A stretch of 64,000 nt of DNA, taken from the human T2T-CHM13v2.0 reference genome, Homo sapiens. Positions 27,123-46,969 of this stretch are shown here, piece by piece. Both the position numbers and the translations under genes were made by a program. The stretch lies in NCBI RefSeq assembly GCF_009914755.1, contig NC_060948.1; one strand, given 5' to 3'. Every line of letters begins with the position of its first letter. Positions within the stretch are counted from its first letter, which is position 1. The notes beneath the pieces are model-generated. The model had not been told where the DNA came from. It saw nothing but the letters and a program-made list of their open reading frames with translations, and ran no database searches.

Positions 27123-28499
27123 TATGACCTTACTAAGCATAGTAAACTTGACTAAAGCCTGATTCTTGTTCATTAAAAATGCTTATTAATGTCATTTTCT
27201 TCCAGCAGGAAAACCAGTGAGTACCATCCAAATAATAATTTTAAAGACATTCTTCAACAATGTGATTATTCTAACTCCAAAACAGATAAAATAAAAGGTA
27301 AATAAATAAATGGATGTGAATTTCATACTTGATATTTTGCCAAATTAAATATTATCAGTTTTGTATCATTATACATAAATATACCTCTTCTTATATATTT
27401 AATGGTTTATATTCCCCTCCCCTTCACATTGTGGCATTATGTTACTAGAATGTACTTCTTGGAATATAACTGTGTTATCTAAACTAGAAATATATTAAGA
27501 CTTTTTTAAAAATATTCACTCAGTTTACCAGTATTTACTAGAATTCAAAAAAATAGTCACAAACTTTCAAGTAATATTTATATAAGAAGTTCAGATAAAT
27601 AATTGGAATATTTTTAATTATAGACTACAACAAAGGACGTTGATGATTCAGGGTAACAGTGGAGAATCAGGAAGAAGGGAGAAGAGAGTGAATTTGCATT
27701 ATGTAGTGGTGAATAGAAACTTTATTTTCTTTTAAATTTGACTGAGAGCTGTTCTGCCACAAAATTTTTATTTAGGTGCATTGTAGATGTATGTATATGC
27801 ACATTTCTGTTAGTGAGTGTATATGTATGTCTTTCCTATACATCTTGTGTTTAAAGTAATATAAACATATATTCATAGGTAATTACACTACTTTTAAGCT
27901 TAATCTTTTTGAGCCACAGTTTTCTTATCTAAGTAAAAAATAATATGCCTTTCTCATAAGATTTTTGTGAAAATTAAAAACTGGCAACTTGATATAAAGC
28001 ATAAAATAAATGTGAATTCATCCCGTTGATTACTATCAAAAAGAATAGGAAATCAAACTATATATTCATTGAGTCAAAAAATAAATACTTCATAGAAAGG
28101 AAATAGCTCTACAACAGCCAAAACCAATATGATGGATATATCACAAATTATAATCGCTCATAGAATTATAACTCATATTTTTTCTGCCTCTGAAGAAAAC
28201 TATAAACACTTTCAAATATATGTTTTATAAAGTTTTAACTTTAGATAAACCACAGCTTAATCTGAGTCAACATCACACACAAAAGAATTACCAATGTTGT
28301 AACATTTAAATATGATCAGTTTGTCTTCAGCTTTATTAAAAATGAGCAAAAGCAAAAACAACTAGATAAAAACAAGCAAACATGTCTAATTTAATAGATA
28401 TGGGAGCTACCTCTTAAAGTAACTTGGGCTTGAGAAGCCAAATCCCTGGGAAAGTCGAACCAGAAAAACAATCAACATTGATATTATGGAATTGGATAT

Positions 28500-30900
28500 G
28501 TAACTCTGGGAATTTTCAACTATATTAATGTCAATTATGAAATGTATTGTTTTCTCCCTTCTACTTTAGAATTAATTCATTCTTCTAATTCTGTGCTTTC
28601 AAAATTAAAGTTTAGGTCATTGATTTTAAATATTTTTTCACTTGCTAATGTAAGCATCAATAAATGCTTATATTATACTCCTTTCCCTCTCACTGCTGCT
28701 TTAACTTCCTCCCACTAATTTATATATATTTTTTCTTTCATTATATTAGATAAAAAATAATTTCTAATTTTCTTGTGATTTACTCTTTGATATTGTCATT
28801 TAAAAATATTTTATTCAAACTTTATCCAATTTTGGAAATAATTTTGTTTTTTTTTGGTTTTAGTCAGAAAGCATATATTACATAATTTCTATTATTTGAA
28901 ATGCATTAAGTATTATTTTTCTGGTCCAATATTGGCCTCCGTTAGCGAATGTTCCATGAGTATTTGGAAAAAATACTAGATATAATGTTTTCCAGATGAC
29001 TATTCGGTCATAATATATGATAGTATTAAAATATACAACTATAACTTTGATTTGATTGATGAATAAACATTACATATTTTGTTTTTGGTGTCTTGAAGGT
29101 CTGCTTTCATATTCATGCACACTAAAATTAATTATTTCCTCTTTAACATTGACCCTTTGATTGACCCTTTGATTATTATGAAATGCCACTCTTTATCTCT
29201 TGTAATATACTTTGACGTGGAGCCTGTTTGATTTGTTGTTAACATACCTAACGAGAGTTTGCTTGCATCCTATCTCTCTCTTTCTAAACACTTTATTGAT
29301 GTATAATTACCATAATATGAGAATATAAAATGCACCTATTAAAAGTGTACAGTTCAATGGCTTCTAGTATATTCACAAGGTTGGGCAACCATCATCATAA
29401 TTTAAATTTTGAACATATATATTTCAAGATAAAACTACTTTATCAGATATAATCATTGCAAATATTGTCTCCCATTCTTTGGATTGTCTCTTTACTTTTT
29501 AAAATTATATCCTTTGACACACAAAAGTATTTAATTGGATGAAATACAATCTATCATTTTGTTGATTGTGCTTTTAATATCATATCTAAGAAACCATCAA
29601 CTAATCCAAGCTTATTAAGATGTATGTGTATTTTCTTCTAAGTGTTTTATACTTTTAGATCTTATGTACAGATTTTTAATCTGTTAACCTTCTTAAACAT
29701 GATATGAGGTAACAATCCCATTTTATTCATTTGCATGTGGGTGTCCAGTTGTCCCAGCACCATTTGCTGAATGACTATTATTTCTCATTAAATGGCCTTG
29801 GCACCCTTGTCAAAAATCAGTTGAACATGGATGCATATTTCTGTTTCTGGACTCTCAATTCTATTCCATTTTTTTCCATGTCTAATGCTTTTGCCAGTAA
29901 CACTGCATTGATTATTGTCACTTTCTAGTTAAGTACTGAAACTGGGAAATGTGTGTCTTACTACTTTGTTCCTCCTTTTAAATATTGTTTCGTTAATCTG
30001 AGTCCCTTGCAATTCTATATACATTTAAAATTTAGAACCAGCTCACTAATTTCTATAAATAAAATAACAAGACTTGTGTTGCATCTGTAAGTCAATTTGG
30101 GAAGCATTTTCACCTTACGATATAAACTTTTCAGTTCTATAATCATTAAGTATTTTTCCCACGTATTATTGTCTTTAATTTCTTTAAACAATTGTTTACG
30201 GCTTTCAGAGTACAAGTTTTTAAGTTTATTTCTAGGTATTTTATTATTTTGGTACTATTGTAAATAAAATCATTCTCAATTTTATTTTCAGATTCTTTGT
30301 TTCAAGTTTAAAAAAGTAAAATTAATGTTTGTTTATTGATCTTATATACTGCAGTTGTGCTGAACTCATTTACGTGTTCTAATATTTGTCATTAATTCCT
30401 CAAGATATTCTACACTCAAGACCATTTCATCTGTGAATTGAGATAGTTTTACCTCTTCCTTTCAAATCTGAATGTTTACTATTTCTTTTGCATATCTAAT
30501 TCCCCTGGATAGTACTGCCAGTGAAATTTTAAATAGATGTAATGAGAGTAGATATTTTTGTCTTATTTCTGATCTTAAGGAGAAAGAATCCAGTCTTTCA
30601 TGGTTAAGTGTAATATTAGCTGCTGGGTTTTTTTGTGCATACTCTTTATCAGGTTGAGGAAGTTTTCTTCTATTCCTAGTTAATTGAGTGGTTTTATCAT
30701 GAAATTACATTTGATTTGGTCAAATGCTTTTTCAGTGTCTATTGAGATGGTCCTCTGATTTTTATCTCTTATTCTATTGATGTGATGTGTTAATTTCATT
30801 AATTGTTAGATATTAAGCCAATATTACCTTCAAGGTATAAATCTCATTTGGCAATGGTGTATATTTCTTCTTATAAGTTGCAGGTTTCAGTTTGCCATTA
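28500..30900 (-). mobile_element. Composite old L1M fragments (ORF2 and 3' ends)
   Basis: Antisense L1 motifs (tgtccagttgtcccagcaccatttgctgaat; aggttgaggaagttttcttctattcctag). Confidence 0.7.
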
Positions 30901-34320
<3,420 letters not shown>

Positions 34321-36084
34321 TTTATGTATGTATATATAAAAAAATAAACCCTTCTCCTGCAACTTAAACAGCGTAGGTATCAACTTGTTTGTTCACCATT
34401 AAGTTTATTATAAGTAGAGTACTATACAAAATTATACTAGCACTATGAGTGTAAGTATGTCTGGCCATTGATCAGATTCATAATATGTGAAATTTTCACA
34501 ATAGGCAAAATAAATACTTGTCTGAAATAAAACATTTTTAAAAGCCAAAATAAATGGTCCTGGAAAAACTAATTTTTTAAAAATATATACTTTGTTTTCT
34601 ATTTGGATAAATGTACATGCCAGTATATTCCACGACTTGTGTTATTGATGATAAAGAAATGATGGCTGACAACGAATTAGCAAAAGTTTTTTCAAGAATC
34701 ATTCTTAGCAAAACTGAGGCATCTTCAAAAGATATTTAAATAGCTCAGACTTTTAATTACAAGGGATTTTTTGAATATATATTCCACTGTGCTATACTTT
34801 TCTGAGCTAATTTTTGAAAGCTATAGCATTAGTTATATGACACAAGCTATTAGCAAGGCATATTTTGCTAAAATCATATTTATGTTAAACTTTTATGTTT
34901 ATATCGACATGCTCACTGAGTGCCATTATCATGGTATCATGTGAATCACTTCCACACAAGCTCATCACATAGAACAATTAAAACTTAGCCAATCTGCAGT
35001 GTCAGCATAATGTCAGTTTAGCATTTTTCAGTGGTTTGGGTTTTTTAAGCCTGTTCAGCACATGTGTCTAATTAAGTGTATTCTGAGTTCTACAGGAATG
35101 ATATTTTCATAAAAATAAAAATTAATATTATAACTATAGTAAAACATTGCAGAATGCTACTTTTTCTACTGATATACTTTTACACTATTTGGTGAAAAAA
35201 TATTCAATATCAAGTAAACTATAAAAAGTACATAGTCACTACAGCTCAAATACACAGTAAAACATAGAATGAGTCAATCAAAAACATAACAGGTTTAGGT
35301 TACCATTAACATTTTGAACATCTACTAAGTTAGGCACAAGAGAAAATGGATAATTAGTCACTGTTCTGTAGAGAAAATTCTCCTTTCGTGTTTATACAAT
35401 AATTAGTATTAACTCATCACATGAAGCACAAAATAAGCTTCAATTATCCCATTCCTAATTCTAGATTTATATGAAGCAAAACAGAAATTAATTTTTTGGG
35501 CCACAAAAGCCTCTGGGTGTCACGATATGCCTATGGTGATAGTGTGATGAGTTTATGCTAACTGTTCATTACCAGAGTAACAAGGAAGAATTTGTCTCTA
35601 TGATCTGTCTTAGAAGAAGTTCTATATTAGTAAATATGTTTTCCCATTATTTACGAGATGATAGATAAGGGGCATTTATAATGTCTCTAGATGTCTTTAA
35701 CAACGATTAGTTAAAAGAAAGGTAAAGTGCATAAAATGTGCTTTTGTCTCAAGACCAGAATTTTAAGATGCTCATGCAAAACCTGAAGAAAGGCATTAAA
35801 TCTAGGAAAGTCCTGAATTTGAGCTTCACATAGGTTATTACTATCAAATGATTCCACACTTGAAAATTGACTTTGCTTGCTTTTATAAACATTACACACT
35901 GAAAAATGGAATATTTTAAATCTGTACTTTCTGGTATCTCTAGGAAGCATTTATAAATCAACTATAGGAAATAATTGTCCAATAAAGATCATAAGAAATT
36001 ATTATAATATTGGGTCACAATTTTTCAAACTTGACATAATCAGTAACTATAGTCAAAGGTTATCTGCACAAAAAAATGAATGCA

Positions 36085-36414
<330 letters not shown>

Positions 36415-36570
36415 TTAATAATTAGTTTTTGATAATACAGATACACATATTCAGGACAACAACCTCAAAATAATTTTGCTTTTTTTTTATGTTGTTGTTC
36501 CTCTCTCATAGAAGAGCAACTACATATCTATATGTATGCATTACAGCTTACATGCTTCCTGTACTCAACT

Positions 36571-36718
36571 CAGCACTGTGCTGAAAGCAGCTTATACTGG
36601 CTAGCAAGCATAGAATGTTAATTTATAGACTTTTTTAAAGCTAGTTGTTAAATACATCCATTATTATAAATCAAATTGTATAAAATTAAAATTTAATTAA
36701 ATTAAAAACAAAGTTTAA
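36571..36718 (+). mobile_element. MER63-like hAT-Blackjack 5' fragment
   Basis: cagcactgtgctgaaagcagcttatactggct...gctagttgttaaatacatccattatt. Confidence 0.55.
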
Positions 36719-36724
36719 CAGATG

Positions 36725-37675
36725 AGCGACAATTCCAGAAGGGTAGCATAAAAAGCTCTATAGACCCTTTCCCCAGTGAAACAAACATAATTTGCGAAAA
36801 TTATTTAAAATCAGCAATTTCAATCTGTAGAAACTGTCCAAAGAGCATACAGAAAATTTTATATATACACATATGTGTATATATTCACACATATACATAT
36901 ATATTTATGTATATAAATACATAAGGAAGCACTTAAGTATATATACACACATATACATTTATATATTTAGCATATATTTAAGAAAATATACTAAATATTG
37001 GAAAGAGTCATGATAGTCTGAGATATTTGGACCATAACACATTCCTTCATCATATTGCCATGTCCTTTTCAGTGTGTTGAAATTCTACTGTGAGGTAGGG
37101 GAAGGGGTCCAACCAACAACACATGGCTACTTCTCTCCTTCCCTTCCAGTCTAAGGCCACAACATCTTTCTAAGAGGAGAATGATGCTAAAAATTTTCAT
37201 TCCTCTTCAGGTCCATCTGGCTAAGAGATCAGAGGTTTTGTTCCTGTACCCAGCCCCCATTCATATGGCCGGAGCTTTATCTATCCCAGTTTCAACAAGA
37301 TGAGCTTTCTTAGAGGGCATAGGTTCCATGCCAAGAGAGATAAGCTGAAAAGACCAGAATCTACCCAAACTGCCCATTGGCCTGCTTATACAGCCAGAGT
37401 ACCACTTTGAGAGGAGGATTGGCAAAAATATTTTGCCCAGGAGAAGAGGCAGTCCATAAGACAGAGTTGTGTATTTTTTTCCCAAGGGCACTGACTTTAC
37501 CTGGAACAGAGCTGGGAAGCTTAAATCTAAAATAGCAATAGAAAACAATGGAGATTTTTGGTAGTAATCAATTAAGAGGAGGCTAGTAGTTCTAAGAACG
37601 CAACAAGCTAAGTTGTACACCAGCTAGAAGTTTACCCAGGTGAAATGAGGAAAAGAGAGACTTTAAAAGAAGTTA
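36725..37675 (+). mobile_element. Probable ancient L1 5' UTR
   Basis: ttccagaagggtagc...agacccttt ccccagtgaaac...aaaattattta start; weak recognition. Confidence 0.4.
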
Positions 37676-39113
<1,438 letters not shown>

Positions 39114-39114
39114 T

Positions 39115-39353
39115 GGCTGGGTGTGGTGGCTCATGTCTGTAATCCCAGTACTTTGGAAGGCCGAGGCGGGCAGATCACCTGAGGTCAGGAGTTTGAGACA
39201 AGCCTGGCCAACATGGTGAAACCTTGTATCTACTAAAATTAGAAAAATTAGCTGCGCTTGGTGGCAGGTACCTGTAATCCCAGCTACTCAGGAGGCTGAG
39301 GCAGGAGAATCGCTTGAACCCGGGAGGTAGAGGTTACAGTGAGAGGTTACAGT
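39115..39353 (+). mobile_element. AluSx-like, 3' end missing
   Basis: Alu stops after gaggttacagtg, with no tail. Confidence 0.9.
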
Positions 39354-41322
39354 GGGGAAAGGACATGCTATTCAACAAATGTCCATAACCCATCGAGTTG
39401 ATTTTTGTATAATCCATCTTGAGTTGATTTTTCTATAAGGTGAGAGATGAGGATCCAGTTTCCTTCTCTTGCATGTGGCTAGCCAATTATCCCAGCATCA
39501 TTTGTTGAAAAGGGTGTCCTTTCTCCACTTTATGTTTTTGTTTGCATTGTTGAAGATCAGTTGGCTGTAAGTATTTGGGTTTACTTCTGGGTTCTCTATT
39601 CTGTTCCATTGGTCTATGTGCCTATTTTTATATCAGTACCATGCTGTTTTGGTGACTATGGCCTTACAGCATAGTTTGAAATCAGGTAATGTGATACTTC
39701 CAGATTTGTTCTTTCTGCTTAGTCTTGTTTGGGCTATGTGGGCTCTTTTTTGGTTCCATATGAATTCTCAAATTGTTTTTTTCTAATTGTGTTAAGAATG
39801 ATGGTGACATTTTGATGAGAATTGCATTGAATTTGTAGATTGCTTTAGGCACTATGGTCATTTTCACAATATTGATTTTACCCATCCATGAGCATGGGAT
39901 GTGTTTTCATTTGTTTGTATTGCCTATGATTTCTTTCAGCACTGCTGTTCCTTTATCCCAGAGGTTTGGATATGTGGTGTCTCTATTTTCATTCATTTCA
40001 AAAATTTTTTTGATTTCAGTTTTAATTTTGTTTACCCAGATGTCATTCAGAAACAAATAGTTTAGTTTGCATTAACTTATGTAATTCTGAGAGTTTCTCT
40101 TGGTATTGATTTCTAATGTTATTTCACTGTGATCTGAGAAGATAATTGATGCTATTTTGATTTTATTAAATTTATTGACATTTACTTTATGTCCAGGTAT
40201 ATGGTTGATTCTGTATGATATTCTATGTGCAGGTGACAGAAACACATATTCTGCTGCTGTTAAGTGGAATGTTCTGTAAATATCCATTAGGTCCATTTTG
40301 TCTACAGTCCAGTTTATGTTCACAGTTTCTTTGTTGATTTTCTGCCTCAGTGATATGTCCAGTGATGTCAGTGTGGTGTTGAAGTCTCCCACCACTATTG
40401 TTTGTGATCAATCTTTTTTCATAGGTCTATAACTACTTGTTTTATGAATCTGGGTGCTCCAGTGTTTGATACATATATATTTAGATAGTTAAATCTTCTT
40501 GTGGTTTTAAACCCTTTACCATTATATATATAATATCCTTCTTTACCTTTTTTAATTGTTGTTGGTTTAAAGTCTGTTAGATATGAGAATGGCTACTCCT
40601 GCTTGCTTTCGTTTTTCATTTTCATGATGTGTCTTTTTCTACCATTTTACTTTGAGTTTGAATGTGTCGTTAACCAGTAGGTAGGTGTCACATGGACAGT
40701 AGATGGTTGGTTCTTATTTTTAAATTCAATTTCCCACTCTGTATCTTTTAAACAGGGCATTTAGGCCATTTACACTCAAGGTTAATATTGATAAATGAGG
40801 TTTTGTTCCTGTTGTACTGTTGTTAGCTAGTTGTTTTGGAGTTTTAATTGTGTAATTTATAGGATCTGTGAGCTTTGTCCTTACATGGTCTTTTCTGATG
40901 GTGAGTATCGTCCTCTCATTTCCATATTTAGAATTCCTTTAAGTATTTCCTATGGGACTGGTCTATTGGTGACAACTTCTTTTAGAATTTGTGTGGCTGG
41001 GAAATACTTTATTTCTACTTCATTTATGACGCTTAGTTTGGCAGGATATACAATTCTTAGCTGATTTTTTTTCTTTAAGGAGGCTAAAAATAGCTCCCCA
41101 ATATCTTTTGGCATGTAAGGTTTCTACTTAAAAGTATGTTGTTAGTCTAATCGATTTTCCTTTATAAGTGATTTAACCCTTTTCTCTAGCTGCCTTTAAG
41201 ATTTTTAAATTTAGTGTTTACCTTGAATAATACAGTGACTATATTCCTTGATAATGTTTGTTTTGTATAGCCTCTTGAAGGCATTCTGTGGATTTCTTGT
41301 ACTTAGATGTCTACCTCTCTAG

Positions 41323-41792
<470 letters not shown>

Positions 41793-42787
41793 TTGTTTCT
41801 TTATTTTTATCTGACTTAGTTGAATTACCCATCTTCAAGTTCTGAAATTCTTATGCTTAATATGGTGTATTGTCAAACCTTTCAACTGTAGTTCCAAATT
41901 ACATAAGTGATTCTTTCATTTCCAAAAATTCTGTTTGATTTTTAAATATATTTATCTCTTCTATTTCTCAGATTGCTTTTGTTTCTATGTGCTGATTTTA
42001 AACCTTCTCTTGGATTTCTTTGAGTTTCCTCACAATCCATACTTTGTATTCTTCATCTATCATTTCTGAATATCCGGTTTGGTTAGGATCCATTGCTAGA
42101 GATCTAGTGTTATCCTTTGGTGGTCTCACAATATTCAGTTTTTTCATGATGCCAGGATTTACACTGATTCCTCATCTGCAAAGGCTGGCATTCCTTGTTT
42201 TTGAAATTATTTTCTTTAGGATAGGATTGCTTTTTTCCTTATTTCTTTTTCATCCTTCCCCAGAGAGTGTGACTATAACGTATGTTGAGGAGGACCTTTT
42301 GTCTTTGCTTCTGTAGACCTGTTGTCTTTTATTGGCAGGTTTTATATGAGGCTGTGCAGTTCGAAGTGCAGGCCACTAGGTGGTGTTTATGGGAAAGAGC
42401 CAGCTGCAACACAAGCAGATATGTATGCACTTTGTTGTTTCCTGTGAGATGCTCTCTGCTGTTTCCTGTGATGGGCTGAGTAGTGGAGTGCACAGTGCCC
42501 GTAGCTTCCTGTTTAATCGAGGGAGGGTGACAAAGCTGAGCAGAGCTGGATCCCCTGGCATGCTTACGAGTACTTCAGTGATGGGTGCAGGCACCAGCCC
42601 TGATGGGGGTGGCCAGGAGTCTTTGAGGTCTCTGCAGGAAGTGAGGGGATGGCACTGGCTCCATACCCTGGATAGGCTAGAGCACGATCTGTTTCCCAGT
42701 AACACCCTTGTCCCATGGCTCATGACTGTCAATTTAGAGGCATACTGTTGTCTATCTTTAAGCCACAGTAAATGCCTGTATTGTTAC

Positions 42788-43377
42788 TGTTAAGCCAAAA
42801 TATGTGAGACAGGTCTCGGTCAATTTAGAAAGTTGATTTTGCCAAGGTTAAGGACACACCCATGACACTTCCTCAGGGAAGTCCTGATGACGTGTGCCCA
42901 AGGTGGTCGAGAGTACAGTTTACTTTTACACATTTTAGGGAGACATGAGACATCAATCAATATGTGCAAGATGTACATTGGTTCAGTCCAGTAAGGCGGG
43001 ACAACTCGAAGTGAGGGCTTCCGGGTTAGAAGACAAAAGGTTGCATTCTTCTGAGTCCTTGTTCAGCCTTCCACTGAATACACAATTTGGCCTGGCTCGG
43101 TAAATCTGGATTTTTACATAAACAACAGGGCAGAGGAAGCAATCAGATATGAATTTGTCTCAGGTGAGCCTCAGAGGAATGACTTAGAGTTCTGTCTGTC
43201 CTATGTCTAGAAGGAATTTCCTATGGCGAAAGAGTGAGGAAAGTATGTAGCTTCTTATCTTTATAGCTGTCTTATTTAGGAATGAAATGTGAGGCAAGTT
43301 TGCCTGAAATAGTTTTCAGCTTGACTTTTCTCTTAGCTTAGTGGTTTGGGGGTCCTGAGATTTATTTTCCTTTCACA
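42788..43377 (-). mobile_element. MER4A-like solo LTR (ERV1)
   Basis: tgttaagcc...gagacaggtctc...ttgccaaggttaaggac...ttcctttcaca; TTAC TSD at 42784-42787 and 43378-43381. Confidence 0.85.
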
Positions 43378-44974
43378 TTACTCTCTGTGGGAGTGGCTTC
43401 AGTTTGGAAGTCCTTCACTCAGTACAATACAGACAGCTATATGGCTTGCCTGTTCTCTGATTTGGTAACAGTACTGATGTGTATAGAGAGGTCTCTATTT
43501 TTTTGGCCCATGTAGATGGGCATCAGTTGTGGAGGTGTCAGGTGGTTGAGTTGGCTTGACCTAATGCCCTGTGGGAAGTGGTCTGGTGGCAGAACTGTTG
43601 GACTGGGCTAGATTGTCCCATAGTTCACAGGTCCTTACATTGCCTGCTGGTTAGTGTCTATGAGTCCTGAAGAGGCTGGACCAGGCAGGGTTGGGCTAGC
43701 CCAGAGTTCAGATGCTGGCTGTGATGAAGAGGGGTGGGCTGGTCACTGATCACCAGCAGAACTGTCAGGTTGTGGGGTTACACTTTCAGGAGAAATGCTC
43801 AGGTGAAGGCAGGGCAGCAGTGCTGTGGGCCTTTAACTGCAGAGACCAGGTCCCCTCAGCTGGAGCAACAGAGACTGGCAGCTGTGGGGTGTGTGGCACA
43901 CTTGCACTTCCCTCCTACAAAAGTAGCTCTGGGTTTTATTAATACTCTTGGGGGCATGCACATGTGCTGGGCCTCCTTGCTCTCTCTCTGGCCCTGGAGT
44001 GGCAAGGACTTAGCCTGTGGCTGTGGCAGCTGCAAGGGGCTAGTCAGCGACCTCTGGGAGTGTGCTCTCAGAGGAACACACAGCCACAGCTGCAGTGTTC
44101 AGATGAAGGTGGGGCAGGTGCACTGGAGGCCTAAAGATGACAAGGCCCATTTGGCAGGAAGCAGTGAAGGTGGGGAGCTGTGGGGCATAAAATCTGTTGC
44201 TGTTCTGTACCTCATCTGCAGTTATCTGTGCTGACAGTGCCAGAATGTGTCCAGCCTCCCCATTCCCTCCCTGGCGTAGGGGCAGCAAGGGTGGAGGCAG
44301 CTGTAAAGGGCTTGTCAGTGACCTCTGGGAGTGGTGCTCTCAAAAGAATGCTGAACTGTGGCCAGTGTTCAGATGGAGATGGTATGGGTGTCCTTGGGGC
44401 CAGAAGGTGGCAAGCCTCATTTGGTAGGGAGCAGCAGAGTTGGAAAGTCACGTGGTGCACAGTCTGGCTGCTCCACAATACCATGGATGTAGTTTCTATC
44501 TTTGGGGTACATGAAAGTACCTGGTCTTTCTCTTTGGTGGGGTGGTGAGTAGCTGACAGTGGCCTACTCAGGGATCAAAAGCCTGTGGGATTCCATGTGG
44601 GCTTGAACGGTGCCTCTACAGTGTTTTCAGGTGGCTCTTGTGTTTTTCTGGTGGCCTGGGGGCATTGAGGGGACTCTCCCATGACTAGGATTGTAAAGGT
44701 CCATGGTGGAGGTGTGTATCACTGCTGGTGTCTCACTCACCCACCCCTTTCCCACCTTTGAGATCCTCTCTCGGCTCTGCACCTGTCCTGAATCAGTGGT
44801 AGTCTGGCTGCACACTTCTTGGCTTTCTGTGGGTCCCATCACTTACCTGGTGAATTTCAGTCTGCTCTATGAGATGATGTACTTGAGGTCTTGCTATTTA
44901 CTTGTTATTTGGGCTTATCTTCGTAATAAAGGTAAATAAATGCTTCTAGTCAGCCATATTGAACCAGAACCTCT

Positions 44975-46420
44975 CAAGATTCATATCTGGAAACACTTCA
45001 CACACCCCCACACACCTTTTTGGTCATACCCACAATCTCTTGTATGATTTCTTTGATTGGCTCGGTTTTAAATCTGTGAAGTCATGCACAACGTCTGAAC
45101 ACAATTTTCTCCAGCAGAAATTTATTGTTTCAAGCTTGATACCTTTGGTGGCTTTTTTTAGTAACGATAATGGCATCTTGAATGGTAGATTTTTATCATC
45201 TTCTATTAGAATTATTTTCCATACAGTTGACAATCCTTTCCTTAGAGAACCATGAGGCTTATAGATCCCTATGACCCCCTAATCTGGAGGCTGAATTGCA
45301 AACATTATTTTGGGGGCAATTAGACCACTTTTTATACATTCAGTCTTGAACAACTAGGGTTCTGGGTGGCAACGGACATTGTACAATATTATAAGAACTT
45401 TAAAAGGCAGTCTCTTTTTGGTAAGGTACTTTCTGACTTCAAGGACAAAGCCTCAAATGATTAATAGAGAAAAAAGATTCTTATTGTCCCAGCCTACTTG
45501 TTTTACAACCAAAAGACTGGCAACTGGTATTTATCTTTTCCCTTCAATGCTCCAGGGTTAGCAACATTATAGATAAGGGCAGTCCTTATCATAAATCTGA
45601 CCATGTTTACACAAAACAGAAGAGTTATACTATCCTATCTCTAATCCTCGTACTCACCTCTCTTTTATCCTAATGAATGTCCTTTTGTGGCATTTTATTT
45701 CAGAATAGGGTACTTTTGTGTGCACTAAAAACTCATTCAGGTAGATATACTTTGTCCTCAATGATTTTCTTAATGGTAGCTGGGACCTGGTCTGCTTCTA
45801 CTAGGTCAGCAGAAGATGCTTCTCCTCTTTTCTTGATATTTTTAAGCCAAAATTTCTAAAAATGTTTTAAGCCAGAATTTGTCTTTCTGAAGTTATCAAA
45901 CCATTTCTTGCTGGTATTAAAATTTTCAGCTTTAGATCCTTCATCTTCCTTTTGCTTTAAGTTTTCATATAATAACTGGGCTTTTTCTTGCATTGTATTA
46001 GAATATTTAGATGTGCCTTTCTTTTAGCAGTCCTTCACTCACATAAAAGCTGCATATTCAACACAAGATAAGGTATTTCTCAAAAAGGCAAGCTTTTGGG
46101 ACTTGCTGGTATAACTACACTGATGGCTTCAACTTTTTTTTTTACAATGATCCTTAAGTTTGAGTTATTAATCTTGAAATGTCAGGCAAGCACAGCTGCA
46201 GACCTCAACTTATAGTACATATCAGGCAATTCAACTTTTTTTTGTAATCTCATGACTTTTCTGTGCTACCTGTAGTACATATCAGTCAACTGAACTCTTT
46301 CTTGTAAAGTCAGACTTTTTTGTGCTCCTTGAAAGCACTTCCAGCATTACTAGTGGCACTTCATATGGGTCCCATGGTTTTATTCAAGGGTTACAGTATT
46401 GTACTAAACATTATAACAAA
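44975..46420 (-). mobile_element. Tigger2 transposase remnant (pogo-like)
   Basis: Minus-strand peptide ETINFCWRKLCSDVVHDFT; CENP-B-like FNTSKKWFDNF region; multiple disruptions. Confidence 0.75.
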
Positions 46421-46969
46421 TTAGTATAGTTTAAGGAGATACATATGTGTGCCACATTGTCCAGAATTGGATTTGTGTACTTAATTTTAGGTGTCAACCT
46501 GACAAGATGAAATAATACCTGGAAACCTGGTTAAGGATTATTTTTGGTGTGTATGTGAGGTTGTTTACAGAGAAGATTAGTGTGTGAATCTGAGTGGATT
46601 AGGTAGGGAAAATCTGCCCTTGTTATTGGTCAACATCATCCAATCACCTGGGGCCTGGAGAGAAAAAATTTAGAAGGAGAATTTGTCTCTCCCTGAGAAC
46701 TAAAATAGTCTTCTTCTGGTGCCTCAGTCATCAGAATGTTAGGCTTGCCAGCCTTTGGATTGCAGAATTTACTGCAGCCTCCCTAGGTTCTGAGGCTTTT
46801 AAAATCCTGAACAATTCTACCAGCATCCCAGGGTCTCCACTTGCATAAAGCCTGTCATTGGACTTCCCAGCTATCATAATTACATGAGCCATTTCCCCTA
46901 AGTTCTCTGTCATATAGCTACATACATATCCTATTGCTTATTACTCTCTGGAGAACCATGGGTTATACA
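46421..46969 (+). mobile_element. ERVL internal 3' end plus MLT2B LTR (46474-46969)
   Basis: ttaaggagatacatatgtgtgcca...ggatt precedes tgtgtacttaattttaggtgtcaacctgac...tctctggagaacc...taca. Confidence 0.75.

Noticed and set aside
35711-35961. ORFs in unique sequence
   Set aside because: They are short, with no recognisable homology and no convincing splice-site pair.
43712-44939. Cluster of overlapping ORFs in GC-richer DNA
   Set aside because: This is an L1 5' UTR, where higher GC lowers stop frequency; it is CpG-poor and not a CpG-island promoter.
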